From a virus, in IMG/VR virus record IMGVR_UViG_3300035670_000108, positions 25,048-89,047 of that record: a stretch of DNA of 64,000 nucleotides, one strand, 5' to 3'. A model generated the notes under the pieces. That model was not told the origin of the DNA, made no database searches, and saw only the letters and a list, made by a program, of their open reading frames with translations. Below are positions 45,401-54,121 of this stretch, piece by piece. Position 1 is the first letter of the stretch. Every line of letters begins with the position of its first letter. Made by a program: the position numbers and the translations under genes.

Positions 45401-46372
45401 GGCGCCACTGGCCAGGATGGCGGTGGCGGCGGGTTCGGCGGTGTGCTGGGCTCGATCTGGGGCGGCATCAACAACATGTTCGGCTTCGGCGGCCAGGGCA
45501 AGACTGCCGCCGGCACAGAAGGTGGCGGGCAGGGCGGCGGTGGATTCCTGAGTGGAATCCTCGGCATGCTGGGTGGAGGTGGTGGCGCGGGTAACTCCGT
45601 GGCCGGCGGCTCCACCTCGGTCGGCACGATGATGGTACAGGCCGGGTCGGTCACGGTAACCGGTGGCATCCCTGGTTCATCAATGCCTGGCGTTGGCGGC
45701 ATCCCTGGTGCCACCAACGGTGCGCCGGCCGGCGTCCTGGGCGGGGCCACTACCCAGCAAGGTGGCTGGGCTGGCGGCTGGGGCGGTGCTCTGGGTGGTG
45801 CCGGTATTGGCGCTGCGCTTGGCGGAGCCGTCGGCGGCAAGAAGGGTGCTGGTTGGGGTGCGCTGCTGGGCACCCTGGTGGGCGCATATTTCGGCATGCC
45901 TCAGCTGGGCGCGATGGCCGGCAGCAGTTTCGGCATGGCGGGCGGTGGCCACATCACCAAATCCGGCCTTGTCCGCGGCTCCGGCCCGAAAGGCGTGGAC
46001 AGTGTCCCGGTCAAGGTGAGTGGCTCCGGCCGCCTTGGCATGCTGGCGCCTGGCGAAGGCGTGTTGAACACCAAGGCCATGGACGCTCTGGGCACCAACT
46101 GGTTGAATGCCGCAAATAGCGGCAAGTTGTTTGCTCGGGCCGTTGGCGGGGTGGTGGACGAAAGCTACAATGCCACGCAACGGGCGCAGGCGTCGGCGGC
46201 CAACAGCGTCGCCAAATCCGGCGGCCAGGGCAATAGTCCCGTGACAGTGAACCTGAAGAACGTCAACATCACCGACAAATCGCAGGTCTACGCCGCCATG
46301 CAGACGCGCGAGGGCGAGGATCTGATGATCAACCGTCTGAAGGCTCGGGGCGCTCTGGGCAACAGCAACTAA
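39476..46372 (+). CDS. tail tape measure protein
   Basis: 2298 aa, Ala/Gln-rich helical; TP901-type core (T.FS..EIA.A...LGQAG...ATGLR); Gly-rich TM region. Confidence 0.95.
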   Translation: MAKKPEIQADALLNLVLDEATLKQQLAKALGTTIKEAAGNANLGDALVSPQAMSKIRRELAKTFKEAGKELGQALSVAQSDGLGDLLDKTRRDTIKKFDRDIQDLLSGKGRSATRSLPALPQLGEKMQDELRTALRVFGRESVRSGSYKQREPQISQANRNVAELNKVLQELAGLPSVAARDLQKIRSLVNDKDTGRYLRLQKEERASLVKSGQALGLQIQNLNRLAGTLSKMGFGDAAAEIKAANQARKALVTEFNRLSSPAQVEARGRIEEKAAARQQKQLEQAQRKALKAEARRREAEQKAEPYRTIFGMRGGAGLRPGIAATMDASARVRGGYGDRATLRAGSMRSLRLSPEERRYQAWFANAETRSRTTLDPLEQVRQGIARGRAIAASRSPRETAEDRRYQAWFANAETRSRTTLDPLEQVRQGIARGAAINAEKTRAANEKALTVLNEGIRKNGEQMLLMQQKFLKSQSELQQASLDDQKKAYEAQQKARATFARQTASYADAQRIIGGVGGIGNLSNAMDIGIVRGGLGSAYRQGQQRLNLAAAYGTDSAQYREALANLNQIRAQRDALADRIRTVRAGAGGGAGGGAGGSGGGRGGRGDGEYSAAGNLLGTFSRYAIGYGGLYQVLNLVTQLKTEIIELDRAFYSIKAVTQATDIEMKAISRSIREVALNTNFSTREIAAAAEILGQAGVAPAEMDSVLSSTARFASATNSSLQVAADLLTTVRTVYKELEDATIADQLTKAINLSKLTAEDLKTILSLTSQTAASYNIDLEQMLAAVTTLRNAGVKPSTVATGLRQAMLEVFNPDTATLKALGRRYKEMGENLGADQIQQRFFGFTNAQNPLLAALGELQRLGFNDEGQKTLQRGVDIRAFNAIQGLLSNFKELEEAESKITFGQAAAEGAEIQMQSLAASLENLGASIVVLAEQMSNGLVRQLAAGAQGATDLIEKLGELDLQLRATGEGSLNQVFGGALAGGVAGAISGKGFRGKAIGALLGGTAGGYLSGGYQFDDSGEFGVGDAAGIAATLLLVGRAMKWIAGISKAVAPAVEGAKALGIGGGAAAGVGGATVAKTIGSRFIPFIGWALTAISVIEAITDLIPEDEVSKMKSQAEAASGQAAKIRDRLQRNTELVNAFSPDSANPEPGTASAGFAKYQETLENYRLGLNDVFGELTEEQAKQISEQLTQYASMTFTERTNSDIRSQIEGVIGGQLGEGVTDQVLFNLGKQREQVEATVEAYVDNTRQMITSVTERIRAARESGDEISEKDAAMSQAFSENSDELQKILDGTSDLDPEAVQERLKEFYARFVELVDKRPALEAEERSKNIEALAAQLQAALASSDNSAEIAQAVSQIGNSLEFISLTTQDRLAGILAGLGGSLESVDAQIAAHQAERPDILHRGTNALWRALGSPNEVGEAAEAEWQRKNAALQARRQLLIEQQEKAVKSNYDQEMKQLQDNRKARDKAEVDAKALLGGLNAPDIKAALGNAQTLRDIGLSPAQIKQLQDNAAGISSNDPALLSRLSATTTDAKGNVVPSSEYQSLDKSFGLIAANLARVTEAEQRRQRDEKNLVGIDLLSSKTAAETAIKKADYGNNFALLASNSPSNPVVQLFDAQRQILEKELAQAKAAAEDAAEDGSKTSVSKQQAVLEAQAKLDTLDMEKEQELAKYSAKLRTAGEKAQRAADQEAKKQAKVAVTQTGIEQRKVKQDFDEAVRTGDIAKFEELSAKYTAVQEKLRTQLEEELKARGYTTSQIIDEIKLREELNKPLAEQVENIRKLADQRRQQRDLEYRDIGSGPKLGDKFNTAYLGADGFTTEEQISAATRDILALQQKRALVQADANNSLFKGDAETVLKLNQELDDLDTQLGETQAALDKMTRHPADTIYAAFSPRNLIIELENSTRTFEHLGDNLRGSLVSALDEVGDGLARAINEGEDFGEVLQNIINQTATSMLGDIFSTNLREGAIGLIKGATGQDGGGGGFGGVLGSIWGGINNMFGFGGQGKTAAGTEGGGQGGGGFLSGILGMLGGGGGAGNSVAGGSTSVGTMMVQAGSVTVTGGIPGSSMPGVGGIPGATNGAPAGVLGGATTQQGGWAGGWGGALGGAGIGAALGGAVGGKKGAGWGALLGTLVGAYFGMPQLGAMAGSSFGMAGGGHITKSGLVRGSGPKGVDSVPVKVSGSGRLGMLAPGEGVLNTKAMDALGTNWLNAANSGKLFARAVGGVVDESYNATQRAQASAANSVAKSGGQGNSPVTVNLKNVNITDKSQVYAAMQTREGEDLMINRLKARGALGNSN
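40547..40777 (+). repeat. 93-bp internal repeat in the TMP
   Basis: RRYQAWFANAETRSRTTLDPLEQVRQGIARG encoded at 40547-40639 and 40685-40777. Confidence 0.95.
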
Positions 46373-46382
46373 GGGGAAGGGA

Positions 46383-47918
46383 ATGCCTTTCATCGTCGGC
46401 CGCGCGGCCAGGGAATACGACCTCTACCAACGGGTGAAGAACTTCGTCACCGGCGTCGGGAGTGTCGGTCGGGCCTACTACACCGGCTCCGGCAATGGGA
46501 AGCTCCTGGACATCCAGCTGCCGGCCGGCGGCCTGACTGGCGAGAGCTACACCATCACCTGCGAAGCCGCCGCCTCTCGCGGCGGGGGCTTCGGGGTGGT
46601 GTCCTCCCTGCGCGGGGTGCTGGCCGACGCCACCGTCAACCAGGTGTACCTGGACTCGCAGGTGCAGTTCTACCTGGACTTCGGCACCACCGACTATGCG
46701 CCGGGCGATGAATACCAGCTGAAGATCGTGGACTACAGCGCCCCGGCCAAGCCTAAGCTGACCGCCGTAGCGGGCAAGGTGAACACCCAGACCGAGACCA
46801 TCACCCTGACCTGTACCACAGCAGGCCAGGCCCTGATCCCGAGCGTGCAGCCGGAGATCCCGGCGGTCTTCTCCGTGGTCGGCAGCGTCTCCGGCGCCCA
46901 TGGTGACTACACCCAGGGCACCGTGCTCGACATCCCAGTGCTGAGCCTCACCCTTGCCCGCGGCGACACGTCCAACGCCGGCCAGCAGTTCGCCCTGGGC
47001 GACACCGTGGTGGTACACACCACCCGCAACCCGCTGCGGGCGCTCAACCAGCACTGGGTCACCAAGCGCGACCCGAAGATGGCCGCCAGCAACCAGTTCG
47101 GCACGCCGATCCCGGAGAGCGACAGCGAGTGGATCTTCCAAGGCCCAGGCCTGGCCGGCACCGACGAGATTATGTGTGGCATCCGCCGCAGCTGGAACAA
47201 CGGCGCCTCGACCGCTGCCTGGGAGCTGGCGGGTATGCGCGGCTATGCCGCCGGCCTGACCTACGACGAGCAGCCGAACATTCTGGTGGCGAACAAGCGC
47301 CCCTACCTGCTGCTGTGGTCGGGTGAGATCTCCTACTGGCTGTCCGTCACCGGCCGCAAGATCACCCTCAAGGTGCGGAACAACAACTACTACATGGACA
47401 TGTTCCTCGGCCTCGGCGCGCCGTGGGGCTCGCCCAAGTACCAGCCCTACTTCCTCCTGTGCGGCGGATCTGCCGGCAACTCGGAGACCAACTGGTCGAG
47501 CCTGTCGGTGGCCAACTCCAACTTCTGGGCGGCCCGCGCAGGCGACCCCGAGCGCTCCCCGATGATGGCGCTCAACCGTGACGGCTACTGGCAGGGCCAC
47601 GTCGTGCGCACGAACAACTCACGCCAGGATTCCTGGAACGGTGGCGGCTGGATGAACAGCAACCTCAACTCAATCTGGCCGTACCGCGGTAACGGCATGC
47701 AGCGCGTGCGGGAGAACCTCGACGGCAGTACCCCGCTGCTGCCTGTCACCTTGACCCCCGACCTGGGTGAGGTGGACGGCTACCTGGCTTTCTCCGGTTA
47801 CGGTAACGTGCAGCCCGAGGACATCATCATTCACACCGATACGGGCAAGCGCTATGTTGCGGGGACCAACGTCTACCGCAGCTCGCCCGAGGACTTCGCC
47901 GGCATGGAGCTGCTCTGA
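46383..47918 (+). CDS. virion structural (tail) protein
   Basis: Post-TMP; G.GNG.L, F.V.GSVSG and P.YQPY.L..GG patterns seen in Pseudomonas siphovirus tail genes. Confidence 0.7.
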   Translation: MPFIVGRAAREYDLYQRVKNFVTGVGSVGRAYYTGSGNGKLLDIQLPAGGLTGESYTITCEAAASRGGGFGVVSSLRGVLADATVNQVYLDSQVQFYLDFGTTDYAPGDEYQLKIVDYSAPAKPKLTAVAGKVNTQTETITLTCTTAGQALIPSVQPEIPAVFSVVGSVSGAHGDYTQGTVLDIPVLSLTLARGDTSNAGQQFALGDTVVVHTTRNPLRALNQHWVTKRDPKMAASNQFGTPIPESDSEWIFQGPGLAGTDEIMCGIRRSWNNGASTAAWELAGMRGYAAGLTYDEQPNILVANKRPYLLLWSGEISYWLSVTGRKITLKVRNNNYYMDMFLGLGAPWGSPKYQPYFLLCGGSAGNSETNWSSLSVANSNFWAARAGDPERSPMMALNRDGYWQGHVVRTNNSRQDSWNGGGWMNSNLNSIWPYRGNGMQRVRENLDGSTPLLPVTLTPDLGEVDGYLAFSGYGNVQPEDIIIHTDTGKRYVAGTNVYRSSPEDFAGMELL

Positions 47919-49051
47919 TGGCGCACTACGAGGAAGGCTCCGCCCCGGACGTCAACAACATGCTGGGCAAGCTGCGCACGGCGATGGCGGCCCAGGGCTG
48001 GACAGTCAACTACAACGATAACGAGGGTAGCTCTGGCGGCGTGCGCTGCCACATGAGCAAGGGTGGCCTGACCGTCAACCTGCGCACCGGCTTCAACAAC
48101 GAAGTGCCAGTCGCCCTTGCCGCTGAGCGCTCCGCGCGCCAGGGTACCTGGAACTGGAACTATACCTACGGCAACCCCACGCAGACCTGGCGTCCAAATT
48201 GGATCGCCATGAACTGCGGCACCGGCGTGAACATGTCCCGTTCCTGGCACAACCAACCAGGTGCGCCAGGCTCAACCGAGCTGAAGGGTCTCGCCTCGAT
48301 GATCACCGCGCCCGGCGCCATCTCGCGCTACTGGCTGTTCATCCTGGACGACCCGACGGCGGTTTTCCTGATCATGGAGACCTCGGCCAACAAGTTCCAG
48401 TGGCTGGCCTTCGGCAACCTGGAAATGTGCCAGGAGGTGCAGGCTGGCGGCCAGTTCTTCTTCGGTAGCCGCTCGTTCAACAAGAGCTACGGGGAGCCAC
48501 AGGAGGCGCTGTTCGGCACCATCCCGATCCCGAACGCCTCGTACATCAGCAACGACTGCGCTACCTGCTTTGTGCGTCTGGTGGACACCCGCTGGACCGC
48601 CAGCGACCAGCTCGACGGCTGGAACCACACGATGATGACTCCTGGCGCGGTGAACAGCTACGGCAACGGCAACTACTGGGCCAACCTGGGCCTGCCGGTG
48701 CCAGACTCCACCTATGGCAACCCGGCGGTGAGTGGTTTCCTCAACTTGACCAACGTCTCGTACCTGGAGCAGGAGGGCCGCACGGTGCTGTGGCCCATCG
48801 GCGCCTACAAGGCGATGGGTGAGGGCGCCGGCTACGAGCTGATCGGTTTCATCCCGCATGTCGGCAGGCTCAGCCTGAAGGCCTATGCTGCTGGTGACCA
48901 GGTGGCCGGGGTGGGCGATACCTACCAGGCCTTCCCCTCGCACCACCGGATCTCGCCGTTCAACATCTACAACTACGGCACGCTGGCGAACAACCCGGCT
49001 GACGAGAGCTTCAACTACTACGGTACAGGTGTCGCGGTAAGGAGACAGTAA
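47918..49051 (+). CDS. virion structural (tail) protein
   Basis: MA.Y..G......L..L......GWT N-terminus; position. Confidence 0.7.
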   Translation: MAHYEEGSAPDVNNMLGKLRTAMAAQGWTVNYNDNEGSSGGVRCHMSKGGLTVNLRTGFNNEVPVALAAERSARQGTWNWNYTYGNPTQTWRPNWIAMNCGTGVNMSRSWHNQPGAPGSTELKGLASMITAPGAISRYWLFILDDPTAVFLIMETSANKFQWLAFGNLEMCQEVQAGGQFFFGSRSFNKSYGEPQEALFGTIPIPNASYISNDCATCFVRLVDTRWTASDQLDGWNHTMMTPGAVNSYGNGNYWANLGLPVPDSTYGNPAVSGFLNLTNVSYLEQEGRTVLWPIGAYKAMGEGAGYELIGFIPHVGRLSLKAYAAGDQVAGVGDTYQAFPSHHRISPFNIYNYGTLANNPADESFNYYGTGVAVRRQ

Positions 49052-50808
49052 TGGCGGTCAAGGAGACCTCGGCGCACATCCTGCCGCCGCGCAGCGCGTA
49101 CACCGACCCTATCCGCCCCGATGTCGACTGGGTCGACATCATGGACACCAACCGGTACGACCGGAACACCTGGTTTTACCCGTGGCAAGGGTTCGGCCTG
49201 TACCGCGTAGCCACGTTCAACAACGGCCCCGGCTACGACCTCCGCAGGATCAACACCCGGCGCACCTTGCAGGGCGTGCCGAAGGTAGTGGTGTGCCCGC
49301 GCCGGCGGGGTATGACCTTCACGGACCTGCTCTACGGCAAGCTGCAACTCAACCCCAGCCTGCTGAACATGGGCAACGTCCTGAACAGCCAGACCCGCCA
49401 GGTAGAGCTGTGGAACTCCAGCTTCACGGCGGTGACCGTGCAGCAGATCACCCGCACCAACGACGACGGCGTGGATCTCAACGTGCCGGCCACGCCGTTC
49501 GTGCTGCAGCCGCTGCAGGCCCTGACCATCGACGTGAGCGTGGCCACCACCGGACCCACCAACATCGACGCGCGCTTCCTGTTCGACGCCGTGGGCGTGA
49601 AGGACGTGTCCCTGCAGGTCACCGGCATTCGCTCGGTGGTGTTCAGCCTGATGCCGGACACCTCGAAGAGCTACATCGAGAAGCTGTCCTGGGTGTCCGA
49701 CATCATCACCTCGAAGGATGGCACCGAACAGCGCATGGCCCTCAACGAGTGGCCTGACACCACGCTGTCGATGACCGTGCAGCAGCACTCGGACAAGCTG
49801 CACAATCTGTCCAGCCTGCTGTGGGGCTGGCAGCACCGCATCTACCAGCTCCCCTTGTGGCACCGTCACGACAACCTGACAGAGCCGGCCTACCCGGGTC
49901 TCAACACGGTCATGTGCCAAACGGCCTATGCCGGCTTCCGCGTGGGCGGGATGGCTGTGCTCTGGGCCGGGTTCGACTACTTCGAGACCGTGGAGGTGGA
50001 GCAGATCCTCGCCGACCGGATCATCACCAAGCGCCCGCTCATGCAGGGCTGGGGCAAGGGCACGCTGGTCGCTGCCTGCCGGGCCGCCCGCCTGCCGCAG
50101 GAAACCAGCAGCACCTGGACCCATGCCGACCTGGCCGAGGTGAAGCTGGACTTCGTGCTGACCGACGTAGAGGTGGAGACCCCGTTCGAGTTCCCTGGCA
50201 CCTACCGTGGATCGCCCTTGCTGCTGATCGCGCCGAACTGGGTGAGCGCCCTGGACGAGCGGAACATCCGCAACCTGGACATCTTCGAGACCGAGCTGAA
50301 GTCGCGCTTCACCGTGCTGAACAACGACGTCCCGAACATCGTCCGCACGCACGCCTGGTTCCTGAACAGCAAGCAGCGCATCCACCAGTTCCGGTGCTGG
50401 CTGTACAGCCGGCGCGGGCGCGTGGTGCCGTTCTGGTCGCCGAGCTGGAAGAACGATTTCACCTTGGTGGCCAAGGTGGAGGTGGGCAACACCTCCATCG
50501 AAGTGAAGAACATCGGGTACCGCAACTTCTACCAGACCCGCTACGGGCGCCAGGATCTGATCATGTTCCTGCGTGACGGCAGCCGCATCATGCGCCGGAT
50601 CACAACGGCTGCAGCAGGCCCCACCAGTGCGACCGAGATCCTGGGGCTCGACCAGGAAATTTCACGGGTGATCGAGCCGCGGGACGTGGAGATGGTATCG
50701 TTCCTGGGGGAGCATCGCCTGGATGCGGATGACATCGAACTGGACTGGCGCAGCGACAAGCTGGTGCTGGCCAACCAGAATATGAGGCTGCTGACGGATG
50801 GCGTTTGA
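49051..50808 (+). CDS. tail protein (distal-tail-like)
   Basis: E.L.W.SD......G.EQR and LY.RRGR..PFW.PSW motifs. Confidence 0.7.
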   Translation: MAVKETSAHILPPRSAYTDPIRPDVDWVDIMDTNRYDRNTWFYPWQGFGLYRVATFNNGPGYDLRRINTRRTLQGVPKVVVCPRRRGMTFTDLLYGKLQLNPSLLNMGNVLNSQTRQVELWNSSFTAVTVQQITRTNDDGVDLNVPATPFVLQPLQALTIDVSVATTGPTNIDARFLFDAVGVKDVSLQVTGIRSVVFSLMPDTSKSYIEKLSWVSDIITSKDGTEQRMALNEWPDTTLSMTVQQHSDKLHNLSSLLWGWQHRIYQLPLWHRHDNLTEPAYPGLNTVMCQTAYAGFRVGGMAVLWAGFDYFETVEVEQILADRIITKRPLMQGWGKGTLVAACRAARLPQETSSTWTHADLAEVKLDFVLTDVEVETPFEFPGTYRGSPLLLIAPNWVSALDERNIRNLDIFETELKSRFTVLNNDVPNIVRTHAWFLNSKQRIHQFRCWLYSRRGRVVPFWSPSWKNDFTLVAKVEVGNTSIEVKNIGYRNFYQTRYGRQDLIMFLRDGSRIMRRITTAAAGPTSATEILGLDQEISRVIEPRDVEMVSFLGEHRLDADDIELDWRSDKLVLANQNMRLLTDGV

Positions 50809-51601
50809 TGACAAGGAGCGGAGCGCCTGGAGAGGCCGCCCCGAGGAGTTCTACCAGTTCCACATCGTGGGCGGGGAAACCTACCGCTATACCCCCATGC
50901 GCCTCCCCTTGACCTACCAGGGTTTCGAGTACACCCCCAAGGTCATGGAGCGCGGTGACTTCACCTTCAAGAAGGACTTCTCCGGCGAGGACACCCTGGA
51001 GATCGGGGTGCAGGCCGACCTGGACATCCTCTCGAACTTCAAGATCATCGTCCCGCGCCGCTCGATGCTGATCACTGTATTCCGCCGGCACCGGGGAGAT
51101 AGCGACCTCGATGTCTACCCGGTGTTCTTCGGCCGGGTGCGCGGATGCTCCTGGGAGGGAGCCAAGGCGGTTCTCTCCTGCGACAGCATGTATGCCATGA
51201 CCAAGCGCGGCGGGCTGAACGTCTGGTACCAGGTGCAGTGCAACCACTTCGTCTACGATGCCGGCTGCACGCTGCAGAAGACCGACTGGCGGGTTACTGG
51301 CACCCTGCAGGCTATCAACGGCACCAATATCTCCTCCGGAGCATTCGGCACCAAGCCCAACGGCTATTTCAAGTATGGCTTCATAGAGGTAGGCAACGCG
51401 GCCTACTTCGTGATCGACCACGTCGGGGACACGGTGACCCTGATGCACGGCATGGAAGGGGTGGCACTGGGTAGCATGGTCTCCGCCTACGCTGGCTGCG
51501 ATCGCACCTTGAACACCTGCTGGGATAAGTTCGGCAACGGCCTGAACCACCTCGGGTTCACCTGGTCGCCGGCTGACAACGTCTTCGTGGATGGGATCTG
51601 A
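50798..51601 (+). CDS. baseplate hub / BR0599 (DUF2163)-like tail protein
   Basis: C...YD.GC...AGCDRT..TC..KF.N..N..GF Cys cluster, lambda gpL-like. Confidence 0.85.
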   Translation: MAFDDKERSAWRGRPEEFYQFHIVGGETYRYTPMRLPLTYQGFEYTPKVMERGDFTFKKDFSGEDTLEIGVQADLDILSNFKIIVPRRSMLITVFRRHRGDSDLDVYPVFFGRVRGCSWEGAKAVLSCDSMYAMTKRGGLNVWYQVQCNHFVYDAGCTLQKTDWRVTGTLQAINGTNISSGAFGTKPNGYFKYGFIEVGNAAYFVIDHVGDTVTLMHGMEGVALGSMVSAYAGCDRTLNTCWDKFGNGLNHLGFTWSPADNVFVDGI

Positions 51602-51604
51602 CCT

Positions 51605-54121
51605 ATGCAATACATCATCATCCTGATCCTGATGATCATCATGGAGGTGACCCGGCCGGTGCCGAAGCCTCCGAAGAAGCCAGGCCTGGGCGACTTCAAC
51701 GTCCCGACTGCTGAGCAGGATCGGCCTGTGCCTGTATTCTGGGGCAAACCATGGCTTGATGGTCCCAACCTGGTTTGGTACGGCGATCTGAAAATTTCCA
51801 AGATCAAGAAGAAGATCAAGGGCATGTTCGTCTCGAAGACGCAGGTGATCGGCTACAAGTATTCCCTCGGCTTCCACCTGGTCTTCGGCTACGGCGACGA
51901 CAACACCATCCTCAAGAAGATCGCCGTCGCTGGCTCCAACGGCTCGGCCGAGATCGTCTGGTCCGGCTCCCTTGCAGGCGGCAACGGCTCGATCAGCAGG
52001 GGTGATCTGTGGGGCGGGGAGGAAGAAGGCGGCGGCATGGTCGGCACCTTCACCTTCATGAGCGGTGCTCGCGCGCAGGGCCAGAACAGCTACCTGCGCA
52101 GCAAGCTCGGCTCCCGCATGCCGGCCTATCGCGGCGTCTGCGGCGTCTCCTGGAACCGGGGCTACCACGGCACCCAGACCGTCCTGCAGAACTGGATCGC
52201 CCAGATCGAGCGCCTGCCTCGCGGCCTGTCCACCGTCTACTACAACATCAACGGCGAGGCCAACGCCGCCGAGATCCAGTACGAGCTGCTGACCAACAGC
52301 GCCTTCGGCATGGGCCTTACCGCTGACGAGATCGACGTGGCCAGCTTCCGCAGCTGCGCCGAGAAGATACACGGCGAGGGCCTGGGCATCTCGATGGTGT
52401 GGGACAACACCAAATCCCTCGAGGATATGCTCAAGGAGATCGACCGCCATGTGGAGTCGATCACCTTCATCAACCCCACCAACGGCAAATGGACGATGCG
52501 GCTGATCCGGGCCGACTACGACATCGACACCCTGCCGCGCGTCAACAAGAAGAATGCCCAGCTGATCAAGTTCACCCGGCCGACGGCCGACGAGCTGGTC
52601 AACGAGATGATCGTCACCTACTCCTCGGAGGAGTACCAGGGCAAGAACCTGCCGGTGCGCGTGCAGGACACCGCTGCCTTCCAGAACCGCGACAACCAGC
52701 GGGTAACCGTCACGGCCGCCTACCCTGGTTTCACCCAGCCCCACCTGGCGAAGACCGTCTGCACCAGGGACATGCGCTCGCTCAGCTACCCTTACGCCCG
52801 CGTGCAGCTGGAGCTGGACCGCAGCTTCTACGATCTGGCGCCGGTGGATCGGCTGGTATTCGACTGGGAGTTCCCGGACGGCAACATCGAGAACATGCCG
52901 ATGATCGTCATGGAGCGGAGCATTGGCTCGTTCAAAGACGGTAAGATCGTGGTCACCTGCGCCCAGGACGTGTTCGGCCTGGGCGAAGCGCTGTACACCG
53001 AGGGTGGTGGCAGCGGCTGGACGCCGATCAACAAGACCGCGCTGCCGCCCACTGCCTACCGCATGGAGTTCAGCCCGTACTGGATCTTGAAGCAGGACCC
53101 TGACGTGCCGGGCCCTCTGGCGGCAGTACCGATGCTGATGGTGGAGGAGCCCAACGCGGCCCACCTGTCCTACGACGTGCAGTACACCGACCCCTCCCTT
53201 GGCGGCCAATACCTGCCTGCTCCGGACAGCCAGCCTTTCACCCCGACCGGAAAGCTGCTCTATGACTACCTGGAGAGCGCCGGCCAGGACGCCAGCGGCA
53301 GCCTGATCCTGACCGACCTGACGGGCCTCACCGAAGTGCCGGTGGGCACGGCCAACGACCTGCGCTACCTGGGCGCCGGCATGGTGGTCGTCGACAACGA
53401 GATCATGGGGTTCACCGCAGCGGTGCAGCGGCTGGATGGCACCTGGGCCATCACCGGCGTAAAGCGGGCTCTGCTCGACACAACCGCCGAGCGCCACCTG
53501 GCCGGCGCCAGGGTCTGGTTCATGGCCGATGCCCTGGGTCGCACGCCGACCCAGCTGCTGCCGTTCGCCAGCGGCACCTACAAGGCCAAGCTGATCACCC
53601 GGGCCATGGCCGGCACCCTGGACCCGCTCAGCGCCCCGGTCGTGACCCTGACCACCAACGGCAGCACCACGAACGCCCGCCCCTTGTACGCCTACCCGGT
53701 GCGCAACCTGAAGGTCAACGGCAGCACAGTGCCCGGCAAGGTGCCGGCCAACGAGATCGCGGTCACCTGGAACCACTCCAACAAGGAGCAGGAGGATTAC
53801 ATCTACTTCCAGGACGACACGCCGCTGGCCAAGCCTGGCGATACCACCTACCGTGTCTATCTTTACGATGACACCGGTGCCCAGAAGGCGGTGTCCGGAA
53901 CCATCGTCGGCAACTCCTACACCTTCGCCGTGGGCGACGTGGTCGGCGGGCTGCCGACCTCTGGATACGTGCAGGTTGTGACCCTGAATGCCACAGGGCA
54001 GAGCAATAGGGCTACTCTGTGGTTCGGCCGGCAGGTAGACTACGCCAGCACGCAGGACGCTGGCCCGCAGCGCCTGCTGGACGAGGCGGTACCATGGAGC
54101 TTCATAAGGATGGCTGACTGA
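51605..54121 (+). CDS. tail tip / central fibre protein
   Basis: PTA...RP.PV..G...GPN..WYGD N-terminus; PAYRG; LIR.DY; EI.........R...DT....H.AG..VWF. Confidence 0.85.
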   Translation: MQYIIILILMIIMEVTRPVPKPPKKPGLGDFNVPTAEQDRPVPVFWGKPWLDGPNLVWYGDLKISKIKKKIKGMFVSKTQVIGYKYSLGFHLVFGYGDDNTILKKIAVAGSNGSAEIVWSGSLAGGNGSISRGDLWGGEEEGGGMVGTFTFMSGARAQGQNSYLRSKLGSRMPAYRGVCGVSWNRGYHGTQTVLQNWIAQIERLPRGLSTVYYNINGEANAAEIQYELLTNSAFGMGLTADEIDVASFRSCAEKIHGEGLGISMVWDNTKSLEDMLKEIDRHVESITFINPTNGKWTMRLIRADYDIDTLPRVNKKNAQLIKFTRPTADELVNEMIVTYSSEEYQGKNLPVRVQDTAAFQNRDNQRVTVTAAYPGFTQPHLAKTVCTRDMRSLSYPYARVQLELDRSFYDLAPVDRLVFDWEFPDGNIENMPMIVMERSIGSFKDGKIVVTCAQDVFGLGEALYTEGGGSGWTPINKTALPPTAYRMEFSPYWILKQDPDVPGPLAAVPMLMVEEPNAAHLSYDVQYTDPSLGGQYLPAPDSQPFTPTGKLLYDYLESAGQDASGSLILTDLTGLTEVPVGTANDLRYLGAGMVVVDNEIMGFTAAVQRLDGTWAITGVKRALLDTTAERHLAGARVWFMADALGRTPTQLLPFASGTYKAKLITRAMAGTLDPLSAPVVTLTTNGSTTNARPLYAYPVRNLKVNGSTVPGKVPANEIAVTWNHSNKEQEDYIYFQDDTPLAKPGDTTYRVYLYDDTGAQKAVSGTIVGNSYTFAVGDVVGGLPTSGYVQVVTLNATGQSNRATLWFGRQVDYASTQDAGPQRLLDEAVPWSFIRMAD